Source: a bacterium
GTDB taxonomy: Bacteria > Krumholzibacteriota > Krumholzibacteriia > G020349025
Direction: 5' to 3'
Assembly: GCA_031362565.1 (NCBI GenBank)
Contig: JANLSU010000050.1
Location: 17,588-81,587, forward strand
Length of the DNA: 64,000 nt
Part shown: positions 38,357 to 48,112 of the stretch, piece by piece
Position numbering within the stretch: position 1 is the stretch's first letter
Layout of the letters: the number at the start of each line of letters is the position of its first letter
Position numbers and translations under genes: made by a program
The notes under the pieces: generated by a model
What the model was told of the DNA's origin: nothing
Database searches by the model: none
What the model saw: the letters and a program-made list of their open reading frames with translations, nothing else

Positions 38357-38871
38357 TCTTCTACGCTCTGGCGATTCTCGTCGTGCTTCTCGATCAGCTC
38401 GCCAAGTGGTGGATCGTGCACCGCGTCGGTGACCGCAGCGTTTGGGGCGAGGTGCTGCGCTTCACCGTCACCCACAACACCGGCGCGGCGTTCGGATTGT
38501 TCCCCGGGGCGCGGATTTCGTTCATCGTCATCAGCATCGCCGCTGCCGCCGGCCTGGTGTATGCGCATCATGTCCTGGCGCCGGCGGACCGGCGCCGGCC
38601 CTACTTGGCGCTCATTCTGGGCGGCAATCTCGGCAATCTCGCCGACCGGTTGCGCGTCGGCCGCGTCACCGACTTCATCGACATGGGCATCGGCACGGCG
38701 CGCTGGCCGGTCTACAACGTTGCCGACATCGCGGTCGTCTGCGGGGCCGTCGGGCTCGGTTGGCTGTTGCTGCGCGACGTGATGCTGGAGCGCGCGCCGC
38801 GGCCGCCGGTCTTGGTGTCGGCCGCGGACGACTCGGTGGGTTCCGAGGAGACTTCCGCGGACGCGAGGTGA
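38353..38871 (+). CDS. lspA: Signal peptidase II (lipoprotein signal peptidase)
   Basis: DQ.AK, NTGAAFG, GNL.DR, V.DFI, YNVAD; TTG start overlaps the upstream TGA. Confidence 0.93.
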   Translation: MIFYALAILVVLLDQLAKWWIVHRVGDRSVWGEVLRFTVTHNTGAAFGLFPGARISFIVISIAAAAGLVYAHHVLAPADRRRPYLALILGGNLGNLADRLRVGRVTDFIDMGIGTARWPVYNVADIAVVCGAVGLGWLLLRDVMLERAPRPPVLVSAADDSVGSEETSADAR

Positions 38872-38874
38872 GGG

Positions 38875-39858
38875 GTGGAAACCGAACTTCACCTCGCGAT
38901 CGATGCCGGAATGCGCGGCCAACGCATCGACCGCCTGCTCGCCGAACAGTTTCCCGCCATCACCCGGTCGCGCTTTCAGAAGCTCCTGCGGGATGGGTGT
39001 GTCACCGCCGCGGGCCGCAAGGTGCGGAGCGCCTATCGCGTCATGCTCGGTGACGAGGTGCGGGTCACCATTCCGCCGCCCGAACCGGCCGACCTCGAAC
39101 CCGAAGATATTCCACTGCGTGTCGTCTTCGAGGACGAACACCTGCTCGTCATCGACAAGCCCGCCGGCTTGGTCGTGCACCCGGCGGCGGGCAATCAGAC
39201 CGGCACTCTCGTGCATGCGCTGCTGTTCCACGCCCGGCAATTGTCGGCACACGGTGATTTGCTGCGGCCGGGCATCGTGCACCGGCTCGACAAGGACACC
39301 ACGGGCCTCATGGTGGTCGCCAAGACCGAACACGCCCACGCGACGCTCGCCGACGCATTGCGGGCGCGCACCGTCAGGCGCGAGTACGCGGCCATCGTTT
39401 GGGGCCGGATCCGGGACGACGCGGGTGAGGTCGAGGCGCCGATCGGCCGCAACCCGGGCGACCGCAAACGGATGGCGGTCCGCAGCACCGGTGGCAAGGC
39501 GGCCCTGACCCGCTACGCGGTGCGGGCGCGGTACGCCTTCGCGACGCTTCTCGACCTGCGGCTCGCCACCGGCCGCACGCACCAGATTCGTGTCCACATG
39601 GCATTTATCGGCCACCCGGTGTTCGGTGACCCGAGTTACGGCGGCCGCGCCCCCCGGTTGACTCAACTCACACCGCCGCTTAGAGTTCAGGCGAAGCGCG
39701 CGCTGGAGGTCCTGCCGCGGCAGGCGTTACACGCCGCGCGCTTGTCGTTTCGGCATCCAGAGACCGGGCGCGAACTCGAATTCGCGTCACCGTTGCCCGA
39801 AGACTTCACCACGGCTCTGGCCCTGATTGCGGACCTCGAGCCTGGAGACCCGCGATGA
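38875..39858 (+). CDS. rluD: RluA-family 23S rRNA pseudouridine synthase with S4 domain
   Basis: S4 N-terminus, KPAGLVVHP, GIVHRLDKDTTG, TGRTHQIRVH, QALHA. Confidence 0.9.
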   Translation: METELHLAIDAGMRGQRIDRLLAEQFPAITRSRFQKLLRDGCVTAAGRKVRSAYRVMLGDEVRVTIPPPEPADLEPEDIPLRVVFEDEHLLVIDKPAGLVVHPAAGNQTGTLVHALLFHARQLSAHGDLLRPGIVHRLDKDTTGLMVVAKTEHAHATLADALRARTVRREYAAIVWGRIRDDAGEVEAPIGRNPGDRKRMAVRSTGGKAALTRYAVRARYAFATLLDLRLATGRTHQIRVHMAFIGHPVFGDPSYGGRAPRLTQLTPPLRVQAKRALEVLPRQALHAARLSFRHPETGRELEFASPLPEDFTTALALIADLEPGDPR

Positions 39859-40193
39859 CCATTCAACAGCGTGACATTGGCGATGTCGTAGTCGTGGACG
39901 TGCATGGCAAGATCATGGGCGGTCCCGACTCCGACGGCCTCAAGCAGGCGTTGCGCGATCTCATGGAACGCGGCGCGCACAAAGTCCTGGTGAACTTAGG
40001 CGATGTGACCTGGATCAACAGCAGCGGCCTCGGGATCCTGATCGAGGGATTTTCCGAGCTGCGGCGCCAGGGCGGCAGCCTCAAGCTGGTGCACGTGCCG
40101 CCCCGGATCGAAAGTTTGCTCACGGTCACGAAACTATCGACGATCTTCGAGTCGTATAGGCAAGAGGACGAGGCGGTCCGCAGTTTCGCCTGA
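39855..40193 (+). CDS. STAS-domain anti-sigma factor antagonist (RsbV/SpoIIAA-like)
   Basis: V..INSSGLG.L phospho-Ser motif; 112 aa. Confidence 0.9.
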   Translation: MTIQQRDIGDVVVVDVHGKIMGGPDSDGLKQALRDLMERGAHKVLVNLGDVTWINSSGLGILIEGFSELRRQGGSLKLVHVPPRIESLLTVTKLSTIFESYRQEDEAVRSFA

Positions 40194-40233
40194 GGGGCGA
40201 TGCCGCCCCGCATTGCGCCGACGGAGGGATCGC

Positions 40234-40695
40234 ATGCCGCAACCCGCAGACCAAGTCGAACTCCGCATTCCGAGCCAGCTTCGTTACCTCGCGGTCGTGG
40301 ACGCCGTCGTTCAGGCGTTCGCCGCCGATTTTGGCTGGGAGGCGGATGACATCAACAATCTGGGCACCGCGGCCATCGAGGCGGCATCGAACGCCATGGA
40401 ACACGGCAATCGGTTCGCCGAAAACACCAACGTGTGGCTGCGGATGCGTGGCGATGCGGGCGGCGTCGAAGTCGAGATCGAGGACCAAGGCCCGGGGTTC
40501 GACCACCGCCCGTACGAGCGTGAACTGACGGCCGACGACCTGCTCAAGCTGCGCGGGCGCGGCATTTTCATCATGCGGTCGTTCATGGATGAAGTCAGTT
40601 TCGCACCGGGCCAGGGGCATGGCACCTGTGTGCGGCTCGTCAAACACGGCCACATCAAGGCCGAACAGTCGGGCGGCACGAGCACTGGTGCCTGA
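40234..40695 (+). CDS. Anti-sigma factor Ser kinase (RsbW-like HATPase_c_2)
   Basis: EA..NA.EHGN, I.DQG.GFD, GRGIFIM..FMD.V. Confidence 0.9.
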   Translation: MPQPADQVELRIPSQLRYLAVVDAVVQAFAADFGWEADDINNLGTAAIEAASNAMEHGNRFAENTNVWLRMRGDAGGVEVEIEDQGPGFDHRPYERELTADDLLKLRGRGIFIMRSFMDEVSFAPGQGHGTCVRLVKHGHIKAEQSGGTSTGA

Positions 40696-40737
40696 GCGCC
40701 GTCCGCGCCAGCGGGCCCGAAGGGCGCGGGTGGCCTC

Positions 40738-42999
40738 GTGACCTACGCACAGTTGTTCTCCACCCTGTCGCTCGTCGGTGGCCTGGCGATTCTGCCACTC
40801 GGCCTGGTGATCCTGCGCGAGAACCCGCGCAGCCCGGTCAATCGCGCCACGGCCCTCATGCTGTTCTCGGGCGCGTTCGGTTCGATGCTCGGCGCCCTGG
40901 GACGGCTTCTCGACCAGCCGGCGGCGACGGCCGGCGCTTCGGCGGCCTGGCTGCGGAGCTTCGCCTATCTCTGGGAGTTCTTTTTCCCATCGCTGTTGTA
41001 CTTCGCCCTCGTGTATCCGATCGCGCTGGTGCGCGACCGCCAACTGCGGGTCATGGAGGCGGCGCTCTACATCCCCCACTTGTGCCACTTGGCGCTCGTT
41101 CTCCTGGTGGGCGACAGCGCCGTCGGCGCCCGCGCCATCGACGCCGTCGTGGCGCGCGCCGGGAGCGGCACGGTCGGCGATCTCATCTCGTCGTTCCTCG
41201 ACGTATTGAGTTTCATGGTGACGTTGCTGGGGCGCATTCACCAGCAGATCTTCTCGATCGTCAATCTGTCGTACGCCGGGGTCGCCATTCATCTCCTGCG
41301 GCGCAGCGGCAGCCGGGTGCGGAGCGCGCGGGTCCGCGGCCAAGTGCGGATCATCGTCGTCGGCCTGACCCTCTGTGTCATCGGCTACGGCACCGCCAAG
41401 TTGCTGCCGGTGTTCTTCGCGTATCGCGCTAGCGATGCGCTCGAAGTCATGCTCACGAGCATCGCGCTGCTGGTGGCGAGCGGCACGATCGGCTGGGCCA
41501 TCGTGCGCCACAAATTCCTCGACATGCGGAACTTGGCCCGCCGCTCGATCCTGTACGGCACGACGGCGCTCCTGTTCGCGGCGTTCTATATCGTCGTCAT
41601 GAAACAGATCGCCCGTCTCACCGCCGGGGCCTTCGGGCCGAACGCCGACATCATCGAAGCGGGTTTCATCGTCGTGTCGGTGCTGGTGTTCCAGCCGCTG
41701 CTCTTGGGTGCCGAAGAAGTGCTCGAATCGTTACTGCGCCGGCGCGGCGGCGGTGATCCGCAGTCCATGCTGCAGGATTTGTCGCGGGCGCTGGCCGTGG
41801 AAGTCGATCTGGTTTCGATGCGGGTCCGATTGGCTGCGAATCTGCGCCAGAGCCTGCTCGTGGACGGCGCAACGCTCTACACCCTGGAGCGCCTGCCGGG
41901 CGGCATGGTGCTGGACGCCGGCGACCGCCGGGCGCGCCTCGAACCCGGCTCGTCGCTCGCATCATTGGTGCGCTTCTTCGAGTCGGCCCCGGAGCCGGCG
42001 CTGCGCCAGGACCTGGAGCGATCGCTGCCGCGCACCACCGAGGCCGACCGCGAGACGTTGCTGACTTGGATCCAGGACCAGGCGCTGTTCGTACCGATCG
42101 TGCGCCAGAACGAACTGCGCGGCTTGCTTGGCGTCGGACCGAAGGTGACCGGCGCCCGCTTTCATTCCGAGGATGTAGGCTTGCTCGTCTTGATCGCGCA
42201 GCAAATCGGCGTGTCCCTCGAAAACCTGCGCCTGTTGTCCGACAATCTGCGCAAGCGCTTGCTGGAGGAAGAACTGCAGCTTGCCGCCGAAATCCAAAAG
42301 CAATTGCTGCCGACCATTTTCCCGGACCAGCTGGGGTACGCGACCCACGCGCTGAGTCTCGCCAGCAAGGAAGTCGGCGGCGACTATTTCGACCTGTTCG
42401 TGGCCCGTGACGGACGCATGCACCTCGCCATTGCCGACGTCTCGGGGAAGGGGATGCCGGCGGCGCTGCTCATGGCTTCGCTGCGCGCCGCACTGCGCTC
42501 CAACGTCCAGCATCTGGACTCACCCGCCAGGGTGCTGGAGCACATCAACGACCTGCTGTACGAAAGCACTTCGCTGGAGAAGTTCGCGACGTTCTTCTTC
42601 GGCACCCTCGACATGCGGACCCACGAACTCGTGTACGCGAATGCCGGCCACAATTATCCGGTTCTCGTGCGCGCCGACGGCGAAGTGCGAGAACTCGCCG
42701 AAGGCGGCTTGGTGCTGGGCATCGTCCCAGGAACGTGTTACGAGGACGGCAGAACCAGTCTGGGTCCGGGGGACGTGCTGTTCTTGTATACCGACGGCAT
42801 CACCGAAGCCATGGACAACCTCGAGGAGGAGTTCGGCGTGGACCGGCTGCATGCCCATCTGCGCGACAACGTGCATTGCTGCGCCTCCGAGATCGTCGAT
42901 GGCGTGTTGCGCGAAGTGCGGCAATTCGTGCGCGGCTTGGAACTGGGCGATGACGTCACCATGCTCGTGGTGCGGCGCGCGGTCGTGGCCGTGTCTTGA
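40738..42999 (+). CDS. Multi-TM + GAF + SpoIIE/PP2C (RsbU-like) phosphatase
   Basis: About 8 N-terminal TM helices, GAF-like region, EEL.LA..IQ, VGGDYFD, ADVSGKG, NAGH, YTDGITEA, DDVT. Confidence 0.9.
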   Translation: MTYAQLFSTLSLVGGLAILPLGLVILRENPRSPVNRATALMLFSGAFGSMLGALGRLLDQPAATAGASAAWLRSFAYLWEFFFPSLLYFALVYPIALVRDRQLRVMEAALYIPHLCHLALVLLVGDSAVGARAIDAVVARAGSGTVGDLISSFLDVLSFMVTLLGRIHQQIFSIVNLSYAGVAIHLLRRSGSRVRSARVRGQVRIIVVGLTLCVIGYGTAKLLPVFFAYRASDALEVMLTSIALLVASGTIGWAIVRHKFLDMRNLARRSILYGTTALLFAAFYIVVMKQIARLTAGAFGPNADIIEAGFIVVSVLVFQPLLLGAEEVLESLLRRRGGGDPQSMLQDLSRALAVEVDLVSMRVRLAANLRQSLLVDGATLYTLERLPGGMVLDAGDRRARLEPGSSLASLVRFFESAPEPALRQDLERSLPRTTEADRETLLTWIQDQALFVPIVRQNELRGLLGVGPKVTGARFHSEDVGLLVLIAQQIGVSLENLRLLSDNLRKRLLEEELQLAAEIQKQLLPTIFPDQLGYATHALSLASKEVGGDYFDLFVARDGRMHLAIADVSGKGMPAALLMASLRAALRSNVQHLDSPARVLEHINDLLYESTSLEKFATFFFGTLDMRTHELVYANAGHNYPVLVRADGEVRELAEGGLVLGIVPGTCYEDGRTSLGPGDVLFLYTDGITEAMDNLEEEFGVDRLHAHLRDNVHCCASEIVDGVLREVRQFVRGLELGDDVTMLVVRRAVVAVS

Positions 43000-43442
43000 C
43001 CGCGCCCGGCGACGCGGCCTGGCCGCGCTTCAGCACGGTTCTGGGCCTCGATCCGGGCGACCGGCGCGTCGGACTCGCAATCAGCGACCCAGAGCGGCGG
43101 GTTGCGGTCGGTCTACCCACCTTCGACCGGCAGTCTGGGCGGAAGCTCGTCGACCACCTCCGTGAACTCTTGCAAGTCTACGCCGTGCATCGCATTGTCG
43201 TAGGCGAACCGCGGACGATGCGGGGCGAAATCGGCGCCGCGGCGCGTAAATCCGCCACGCTGGCGCGCCACTTGCGACGCGAACTCGGCGTGGACGTCGA
43301 CTTGTGGGACGAGCGCCTGACCAGCGTCGCCGGCGACCGCGTTCTGCGCGGGACGCGCGCCGCCAAAGGGGCGCGCGACCGCATCGCGGCGACACTGCTG
43401 TTGCAAAGCTACCTCGACCGGCTCCACGCGGAGGATTCGTGA
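42996..43442 (+). CDS. ruvX: RuvX/YqgF family nuclease
   Basis: LGLD.G..RVG.A.SD, VVG.P, DERLTS, D..AA..LLQSYL. Confidence 0.93.
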   Translation: MTAPGDAAWPRFSTVLGLDPGDRRVGLAISDPERRVAVGLPTFDRQSGRKLVDHLRELLQVYAVHRIVVGEPRTMRGEIGAAARKSATLARHLRRELGVDVDLWDERLTSVAGDRVLRGTRAAKGARDRIAATLLLQSYLDRLHAEDS

Positions 43443-44608
43443 GGCGCGGGCTCGTCTGGACGCTTGTCGTGACCCTGTGCGTCGCGCTTTGCGGCGCGGC
43501 GGGCGGCGTGTTGTTCGTGGTCCGGCCCATTCTCTACGGCGACCGCGCCGGGACCGATCCGGTGCGCGTCGACATTCCCGCCGGCACCGGGCTCGCGGAC
43601 ATCGCCGGGCGCCTCGACGCGGCGCATGTCATCCAACATCCATTCGTGTTCCGCCGCTACGCAACGATGGCGCACTTCGATCGCCAGGTGCGGCCCGGCG
43701 AATACGAGTTTGTGGCCGGGGAATCGTACCGGCGCATTCTCGAGCGGCTGCGCGAGGGCGACATCATTCAGATCAAAGTCACGATTCCAGAGGGTTTGAC
43801 CTGCAAGGAAATCGCCGACATCGTTCAGAGGAAGCTGGGCATCGGTCGCGAGGTCTTCTTGGCTGCGACCGAAGACCACGAATTGCTCCGGCGGCACAAC
43901 ATCGATTCGCCGAGCTTCGAGGGCTATCTCTTCCCCGACACCTATTTTTTCCCGAGCAAGTCGACCGCCCAGGACGTCATCGAAGCACTCCTGCAGCGGT
44001 TCTTCACGGCCTGGACCCCGGAACTCGAGGAGCGGGCCCGTTCTATCGGCATGACGCGCGGGCAGGTGTTGGCGCTCGCCTCGATTATCGAAGGTGAGGC
44101 GCTGCTCAATTCGGAGCGGCCGCGCATTTCGGCCGTGTATCACAACCGCCTGCGGCGCGACATGCTGCTGCAAGCCGACCCCACCGTGTTGTATGCACTG
44201 GGCGGCATCAGGCGACGGGTGCTGTACCGCGACTTGCTCGTTCCGTCGCCGTTCAACACCTACGTCAACCGTGGCCTGCCGCCCGGCCCCATCAACAACC
44301 CGGGCCTGCTGTCGATCGAGGCCGCCTTGTCGCCGACGTCCGGGGTGGAAGACATCTACTTCGTGGCCGCGAACGACGGCACGGGCCGCCACGTGTTCAC
44401 TCACACTCTGGTGGATCACGAGGCGGCGAAGCACCACGCGGACCGGCTTTCGGCAGCCCGGATTGCGGCCAGCGCCGCGAAGCGCGACAGCGAGGACTTG
44501 AGCCCGGGTGCGCCGGTCGAAGGCAAGCATCCCAAAGGCGGGACGGCGGCCGCCGCCGCAACTGCCCCCGCGCCGCCACGCCGCGACCGGGATGACGACT
44601 CGGATTGA
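43439..44608 (+). CDS. mltG: Endolytic transglycosylase MltG
   Basis: N-terminal TM, TIPEG, EGYLFPDTY, LASIIE.E, NRL...M.LQADPT, SP.NTY..GLPPGPI.NPG, YFVA. Confidence 0.95.
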   Translation: MRRGLVWTLVVTLCVALCGAAGGVLFVVRPILYGDRAGTDPVRVDIPAGTGLADIAGRLDAAHVIQHPFVFRRYATMAHFDRQVRPGEYEFVAGESYRRILERLREGDIIQIKVTIPEGLTCKEIADIVQRKLGIGREVFLAATEDHELLRRHNIDSPSFEGYLFPDTYFFPSKSTAQDVIEALLQRFFTAWTPELEERARSIGMTRGQVLALASIIEGEALLNSERPRISAVYHNRLRRDMLLQADPTVLYALGGIRRRVLYRDLLVPSPFNTYVNRGLPPGPINNPGLLSIEAALSPTSGVEDIYFVAANDGTGRHVFTHTLVDHEAAKHHADRLSAARIAASAAKRDSEDLSPGAPVEGKHPKGGTAAAAATAPAPPRRDRDDDSD

Positions 44609-44647
44609 CGCGCCGACGGACGGCGGCGAGTCGGCTATACTGCGGGC

Positions 44648-45574
44648 ATGAAGAACGAAACCGTTCAACCGGCGACACCCAAGACTCCACCTGAGCCCGC
44701 GGCCGCGCCCGCGACCCCGGCCACCCCGACGCCTACCGAAGCGCGCCTGCGGGCCGTACTGCAGCGTCATGGCCGCGTTCTCGTCGCTTTCTCGGGCGGC
44801 GTCGACAGCACCCTGGTGTTGCGTGCCGCGATCGAGGCCCTCGGCCGTGACTCGGTGCTCGCGGTCACCGGGGTGTCGGCGTCCCTGGCCGAGAGCGAAC
44901 GCGTCGACGCCGAAGCACTGGCGAGCGCCATGGGGGCGACGCACCGCTGGCTCGACACGCATGAACTCGAGAATCCGAACTACGCGGCGAATCCCACCAA
45001 CCGCTGCTATTTCTGCAAGAGCGAACTGTACGACCGCTTACAGGAAGTCGCCGCCCGCGACGGGTACGACGCGATCCTCGACGGCACCAACCTGGACGAC
45101 GTGCACGACATTCGTCCCGGGCGCCAAGCGGCGCGTGAGCGCGGCGTCGTGAGTCCGCTCTTGGAAGCGGGCCTGACGAAGAGCGACGTGCGCGCCCTGT
45201 CCCAGGCCTGGGGCCTGCCGACATGGGACAAACCCGAGATGCCATGTCTCTCGTCGCGAATTCCGTACGGTAGCGCGGTCGATCCGGAAAAGCTGCGGCA
45301 GATCGAGACCGCCGAAGACGTCTTGCGCCGCGCCGGGGTGCGTGGCGGACGGGTGCGCCATCATGGCGAGATCGCGCGCCTCGAGCTGCCCGCCGAGTCG
45401 CTGGAGCGGTTTGCGGACGCGACGTTTCGCGACACCGTCGCGGCGGGAATTCGGGCCGCCGGGTTCGCCTACGTCACCCTGGACCTCGACGGCTATCGCA
45501 AGGGGCGCCTGAACGAAGCGGTCGCGGCGCAAATCGCCTGGCGCCCGTCGCGCCCGCCCGAAGGCACTCGGTAG
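44648..45574 (+). CDS. larE: ATP-dependent sacrificial sulfur transferase LarE family
   Basis: AFSGGVDS PP-loop, RCYFCK, DGTN.DD..D.RPG, WDKP..PCLSSR.PYG, RVR.H, GF.YVTLDL.GY. Confidence 0.9.
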   Translation: MKNETVQPATPKTPPEPAAAPATPATPTPTEARLRAVLQRHGRVLVAFSGGVDSTLVLRAAIEALGRDSVLAVTGVSASLAESERVDAEALASAMGATHRWLDTHELENPNYAANPTNRCYFCKSELYDRLQEVAARDGYDAILDGTNLDDVHDIRPGRQAARERGVVSPLLEAGLTKSDVRALSQAWGLPTWDKPEMPCLSSRIPYGSAVDPEKLRQIETAEDVLRRAGVRGGRVRHHGEIARLELPAESLERFADATFRDTVAAGIRAAGFAYVTLDLDGYRKGRLNEAVAAQIAWRPSRPPEGTR

Positions 45575-45835
45575 GGCGGCGCAACCGCACTGCCGGATGC
45601 CACGGCGGTCGCGGGCCCACTCTCGGCCCGACGGCACGCCCCTGCCGTCCTGGGCCCGCATCGCCGCGCCGCGGCACGTGTCGCCCGAACCCTCGCACCC
45701 AAGCCCAAGACGCGGGTCAGATGCCCCGCAGCGATGACATCCGGCGAGCGGTCTCACGCAGAGCGGTCCACTAGGCTCCCGGAAACAGCTGGGGCCCGCT
45801 CCTCAAAGTTCCTCGCCGCTCCGATGAATTTCTGC

Positions 45836-45865
45836 TTGACGGATTCCCGACGTTGCCGATATCCT
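45836..45865 (+). promoter_or_regulatory. Sigma70-type promoter candidate for the small ORF/tRNA-Val unit
   Basis: TTGACG-N18-TATCCT. Confidence 0.5.
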
Positions 45866-45916
45866 CCTACTTGCTTCTCTCTGCTTCCGAGGGAGTTCAT
45901 GACCCAAAGAGAGGGA

Positions 45917-46078
45917 ATGCGTTCGAAGCGCAGCCGTTGGCTGTTCCTGGGGGGGATCGCTTCGATCGCGTTGGGTTATGTTCTCCTAGCGATGAACGAT
46001 AAGTTCCTGGCACCGTTTCTGCTCGTGGCAGGATACCTGGTGCTCGTGCCCTTGTCGTTCATCGTGTCGGGCGAATAG
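45917..46078 (+). CDS. Small two-TM membrane protein (DUF3098-like)
   Basis: LFLGGI..I.LGY.LL.....LAP.LLV.GY.V.VP pattern; GAGGG RBS; stop lies inside tRNA-Val. Confidence 0.65.
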   Translation: MRSKRSRWLFLGGIASIALGYVLLAMNDKFLAPFLLVAGYLVLVPLSFIVSGE

Positions 46079-46145
46079 CTCAGCCGGTTAGAGCGCCTGC
46101 CTTACAAGCAGGAGGCCACAGGTTCGAGTCCTGTTTCGCCCACCA
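46069..46145 (+). tRNA. tRNA-Val (TAC)
   Basis: Acceptor GGGCGAA/TTCGCCC, anticodon arm CCTGC-CT-TAC-AA-GCAGG, GTTCGA, CCA. Confidence 0.97.
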
Positions 46146-46417
46146 CTCTGAGTGATCCTAAGAGGGCCCGCAGCGCCGAACGATGATTCGTTTCGGATTT
46201 GCGACGCTTTCATCTCGACGGGGTCGAATCGTTCTGGAATGACGTAACACGCGACTTGACAACGACTCAGATGCGGTGGTAGGCTTGCCGAAGTCAAGTT
46301 TCCACCCAAGCGAAGCCCGGAGGGAGGTGCGAGGGGACTCCTGTATCAGCAACAACTTCGGGTTTTGACTTCCGTCTCGAATGACTCGCTGAATGTCCTT
46401 TTGGAGGTGTCGCAAAG

Positions 46418-47020
46418 ATGAAGAAAGCACTCGTGATGGTGCTTGCCGTTGTCCTGACGGCTGCCTATGTGGGTACGGCCGCTGCCGACATCGTTTGTGC
46501 AGACTCGTCGTACTGCATCGTGACGTTTACGAACCCGGCCAAGGATCGGATCTCCATTTCGCCGAACGGCAATGGCGATACGTTCGCAAACACCGGGATC
46601 ACGATTCAGGTCTTCCTGCGGAACTGCAACGGCGCACCGCTCGCTGGCGTGCCGGCTCAGGAAGTCGTCCTGTTCAATAGCGGCCTCTGCATCTGCCCCG
46701 GTGGAAACATCGCGGATGCAGCCACGGATTTGAACGGTAGAACCACGTTCTCCGGTTCGATCCGCGGCGGCGGTTGCGCCAATAGCTTGACCGTGTTCGC
46801 AGACGGCATCACCATCTGCACCACGACCGTCAAGACGAACAGCTGGGACGCCCTGCCGGCGTCGCCGTGCTTCGTTGACTCGAGCGACTTGCCGCCGCTC
46901 GCCCAGAAGCTTGGCGTGCCCATCCTGTACACGATCTGCTCGGACTGGAACGAAGACGGTTTCATCGACGCTGCTGAAATCGCCTCGTTCGCCGCGCAGC
47001 TGGGCGCGTTCTGCCAGTGA
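46418..47020 (+). CDS. Exported Cys-rich protein with Ig-like region and C-terminal dockerin/EF-hand-like repeats
   Basis: Signal peptide; ITIQVFLRN.NG.P..GV and TD.NG.TTF (Big-1-like); VDSSDL and SDWNEDGFIDAAEI; GGAGG RBS. Confidence 0.75.
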   Translation: MKKALVMVLAVVLTAAYVGTAAADIVCADSSYCIVTFTNPAKDRISISPNGNGDTFANTGITIQVFLRNCNGAPLAGVPAQEVVLFNSGLCICPGGNIADAATDLNGRTTFSGSIRGGGCANSLTVFADGITICTTTVKTNSWDALPASPCFVDSSDLPPLAQKLGVPILYTICSDWNEDGFIDAAEIASFAAQLGAFCQ

Positions 47021-47060
47021 TCGTTCGGTTCGTGGTTTGGTTCGTGTGACGAGCATTCGA

Positions 47061-47089
47061 GCGGGAGGCGGACTTGCTCCGCCTCCCGC
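47061..47089 (+). terminator. Hairpin after the dockerin-like gene
   Basis: GCGGGAGGCGGA-cttgc-TCCGCCTCCCGC 12-bp perfect stem, no U-tract. Confidence 0.55.
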
Positions 47090-47247
47090 CGAATCTCCGA
47101 CAGGAGAGGCACGAAGGGAATCGGCCGATTTCTCCTCGATGGAGACGAGGGTTCAGACGGCAACGATCTCCCCGGGTTCCATGCTCTGGTTTCAACTCAG
47201 CAGGTCGCTGAACCCTGGATAGGTCCGCTACAAAGGAGTGGCGCTAC

Positions 47248-47961
47248 ATGAAAAAAACACTGATCGTCACGGCGGCGGCACTCTGCCTTGCAAACGCCGC
47301 ATCCGCCCAGTTTGTCAACAATGGCACGATCGGCATCTACAATGATGCTGCCGGTACGTCGTGCTGTATCCCGCTCGCGTCCGGGCAGGCGAACGCCCAC
47401 GTCATCATGACGCTCGCCGGCGCTTCGGCAGCCGGTGGTGCCGGTTTCAACGGCGGTTTCACGGGCGCCGAATTCCGAATCGAAGAGAGTGCGCCGACCG
47501 GCTACTTCTTCATTTGGGCCGCCAATTCCGCGTTGTTCAGCGTCGTCGTCGGTAGCCCGCTCGACGAAACGCCGGCCGTTCCGGATGACGCGCGCGGCAC
47601 CAACATGGCCTCCGCCGCGTGCCAGCCGAGCGACCACGCCGGCATCGTCGGCGACAAGGTCGAACTCGGAACGATTCAGATTCTTGCCTTCGGCCCTGTG
47701 CCGCCGTGCGACTTGATCGTCAAGCGCAAGAGCCCCCCCGGCAACGCGCAGCTGGCGGACTGCCCGCTGGTGACGCTCTGCGATATCCCGACCTTCACCA
47801 AGGTTTGCTTGTCGGTGCAGCCGTCGGCGCTGCCCGGTGGTTCAGCTGAACCGCAGCACTTCGTCGCGAAGGTCAACGCGCCCGGATGCCTCGGCTCGGC
47901 GTGTGGTTTTGTCGGCGTCGAGCAGCAGACGTGGACGGGCGTCAAGGCGCTCTTCCGTTGA
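47248..47961 (+). CDS. Exported Cys-rich hypothetical protein with C-terminal TW-x2-VK-x-LF motif
   Basis: Signal peptide (ASA), AAGGAG RBS; paralog of 48395..49021. Confidence 0.8.
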   Translation: MKKTLIVTAAALCLANAASAQFVNNGTIGIYNDAAGTSCCIPLASGQANAHVIMTLAGASAAGGAGFNGGFTGAEFRIEESAPTGYFFIWAANSALFSVVVGSPLDETPAVPDDARGTNMASAACQPSDHAGIVGDKVELGTIQILAFGPVPPCDLIVKRKSPPGNAQLADCPLVTLCDIPTFTKVCLSVQPSALPGGSAEPQHFVAKVNAPGCLGSACGFVGVEQQTWTGVKALFR

Positions 47962-48085
47962 TCGACTCTGCAGTGCGGCCCCGTCGGCCGTAGTGCAGCA
48001 CGGGAATGCGAGCCGCCTCGGCCGCTCGCAGCGTCGGCGAACGGGCGAGACCTCCGAGAACGCCTGAGTCGTCGAGACGGATGCG

Positions 48086-48112
48086 GAGCCGACCGGAACT
48101 TCCGGTCGGCTC
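48086..48112 (+). terminator. Rho-independent terminator
   Basis: GAGCCGACCGGAA-C-TTCCGGTCGGCTC 13-bp perfect inverted repeat followed by T-rich sequence. Confidence 0.7.

Noticed and set aside
46146..46417. Riboswitch in the leader of the dockerin-like gene
   Set aside because: A GAAGTCAA/TTGACTTC pairing is present, but I recognise no aptamer consensus.
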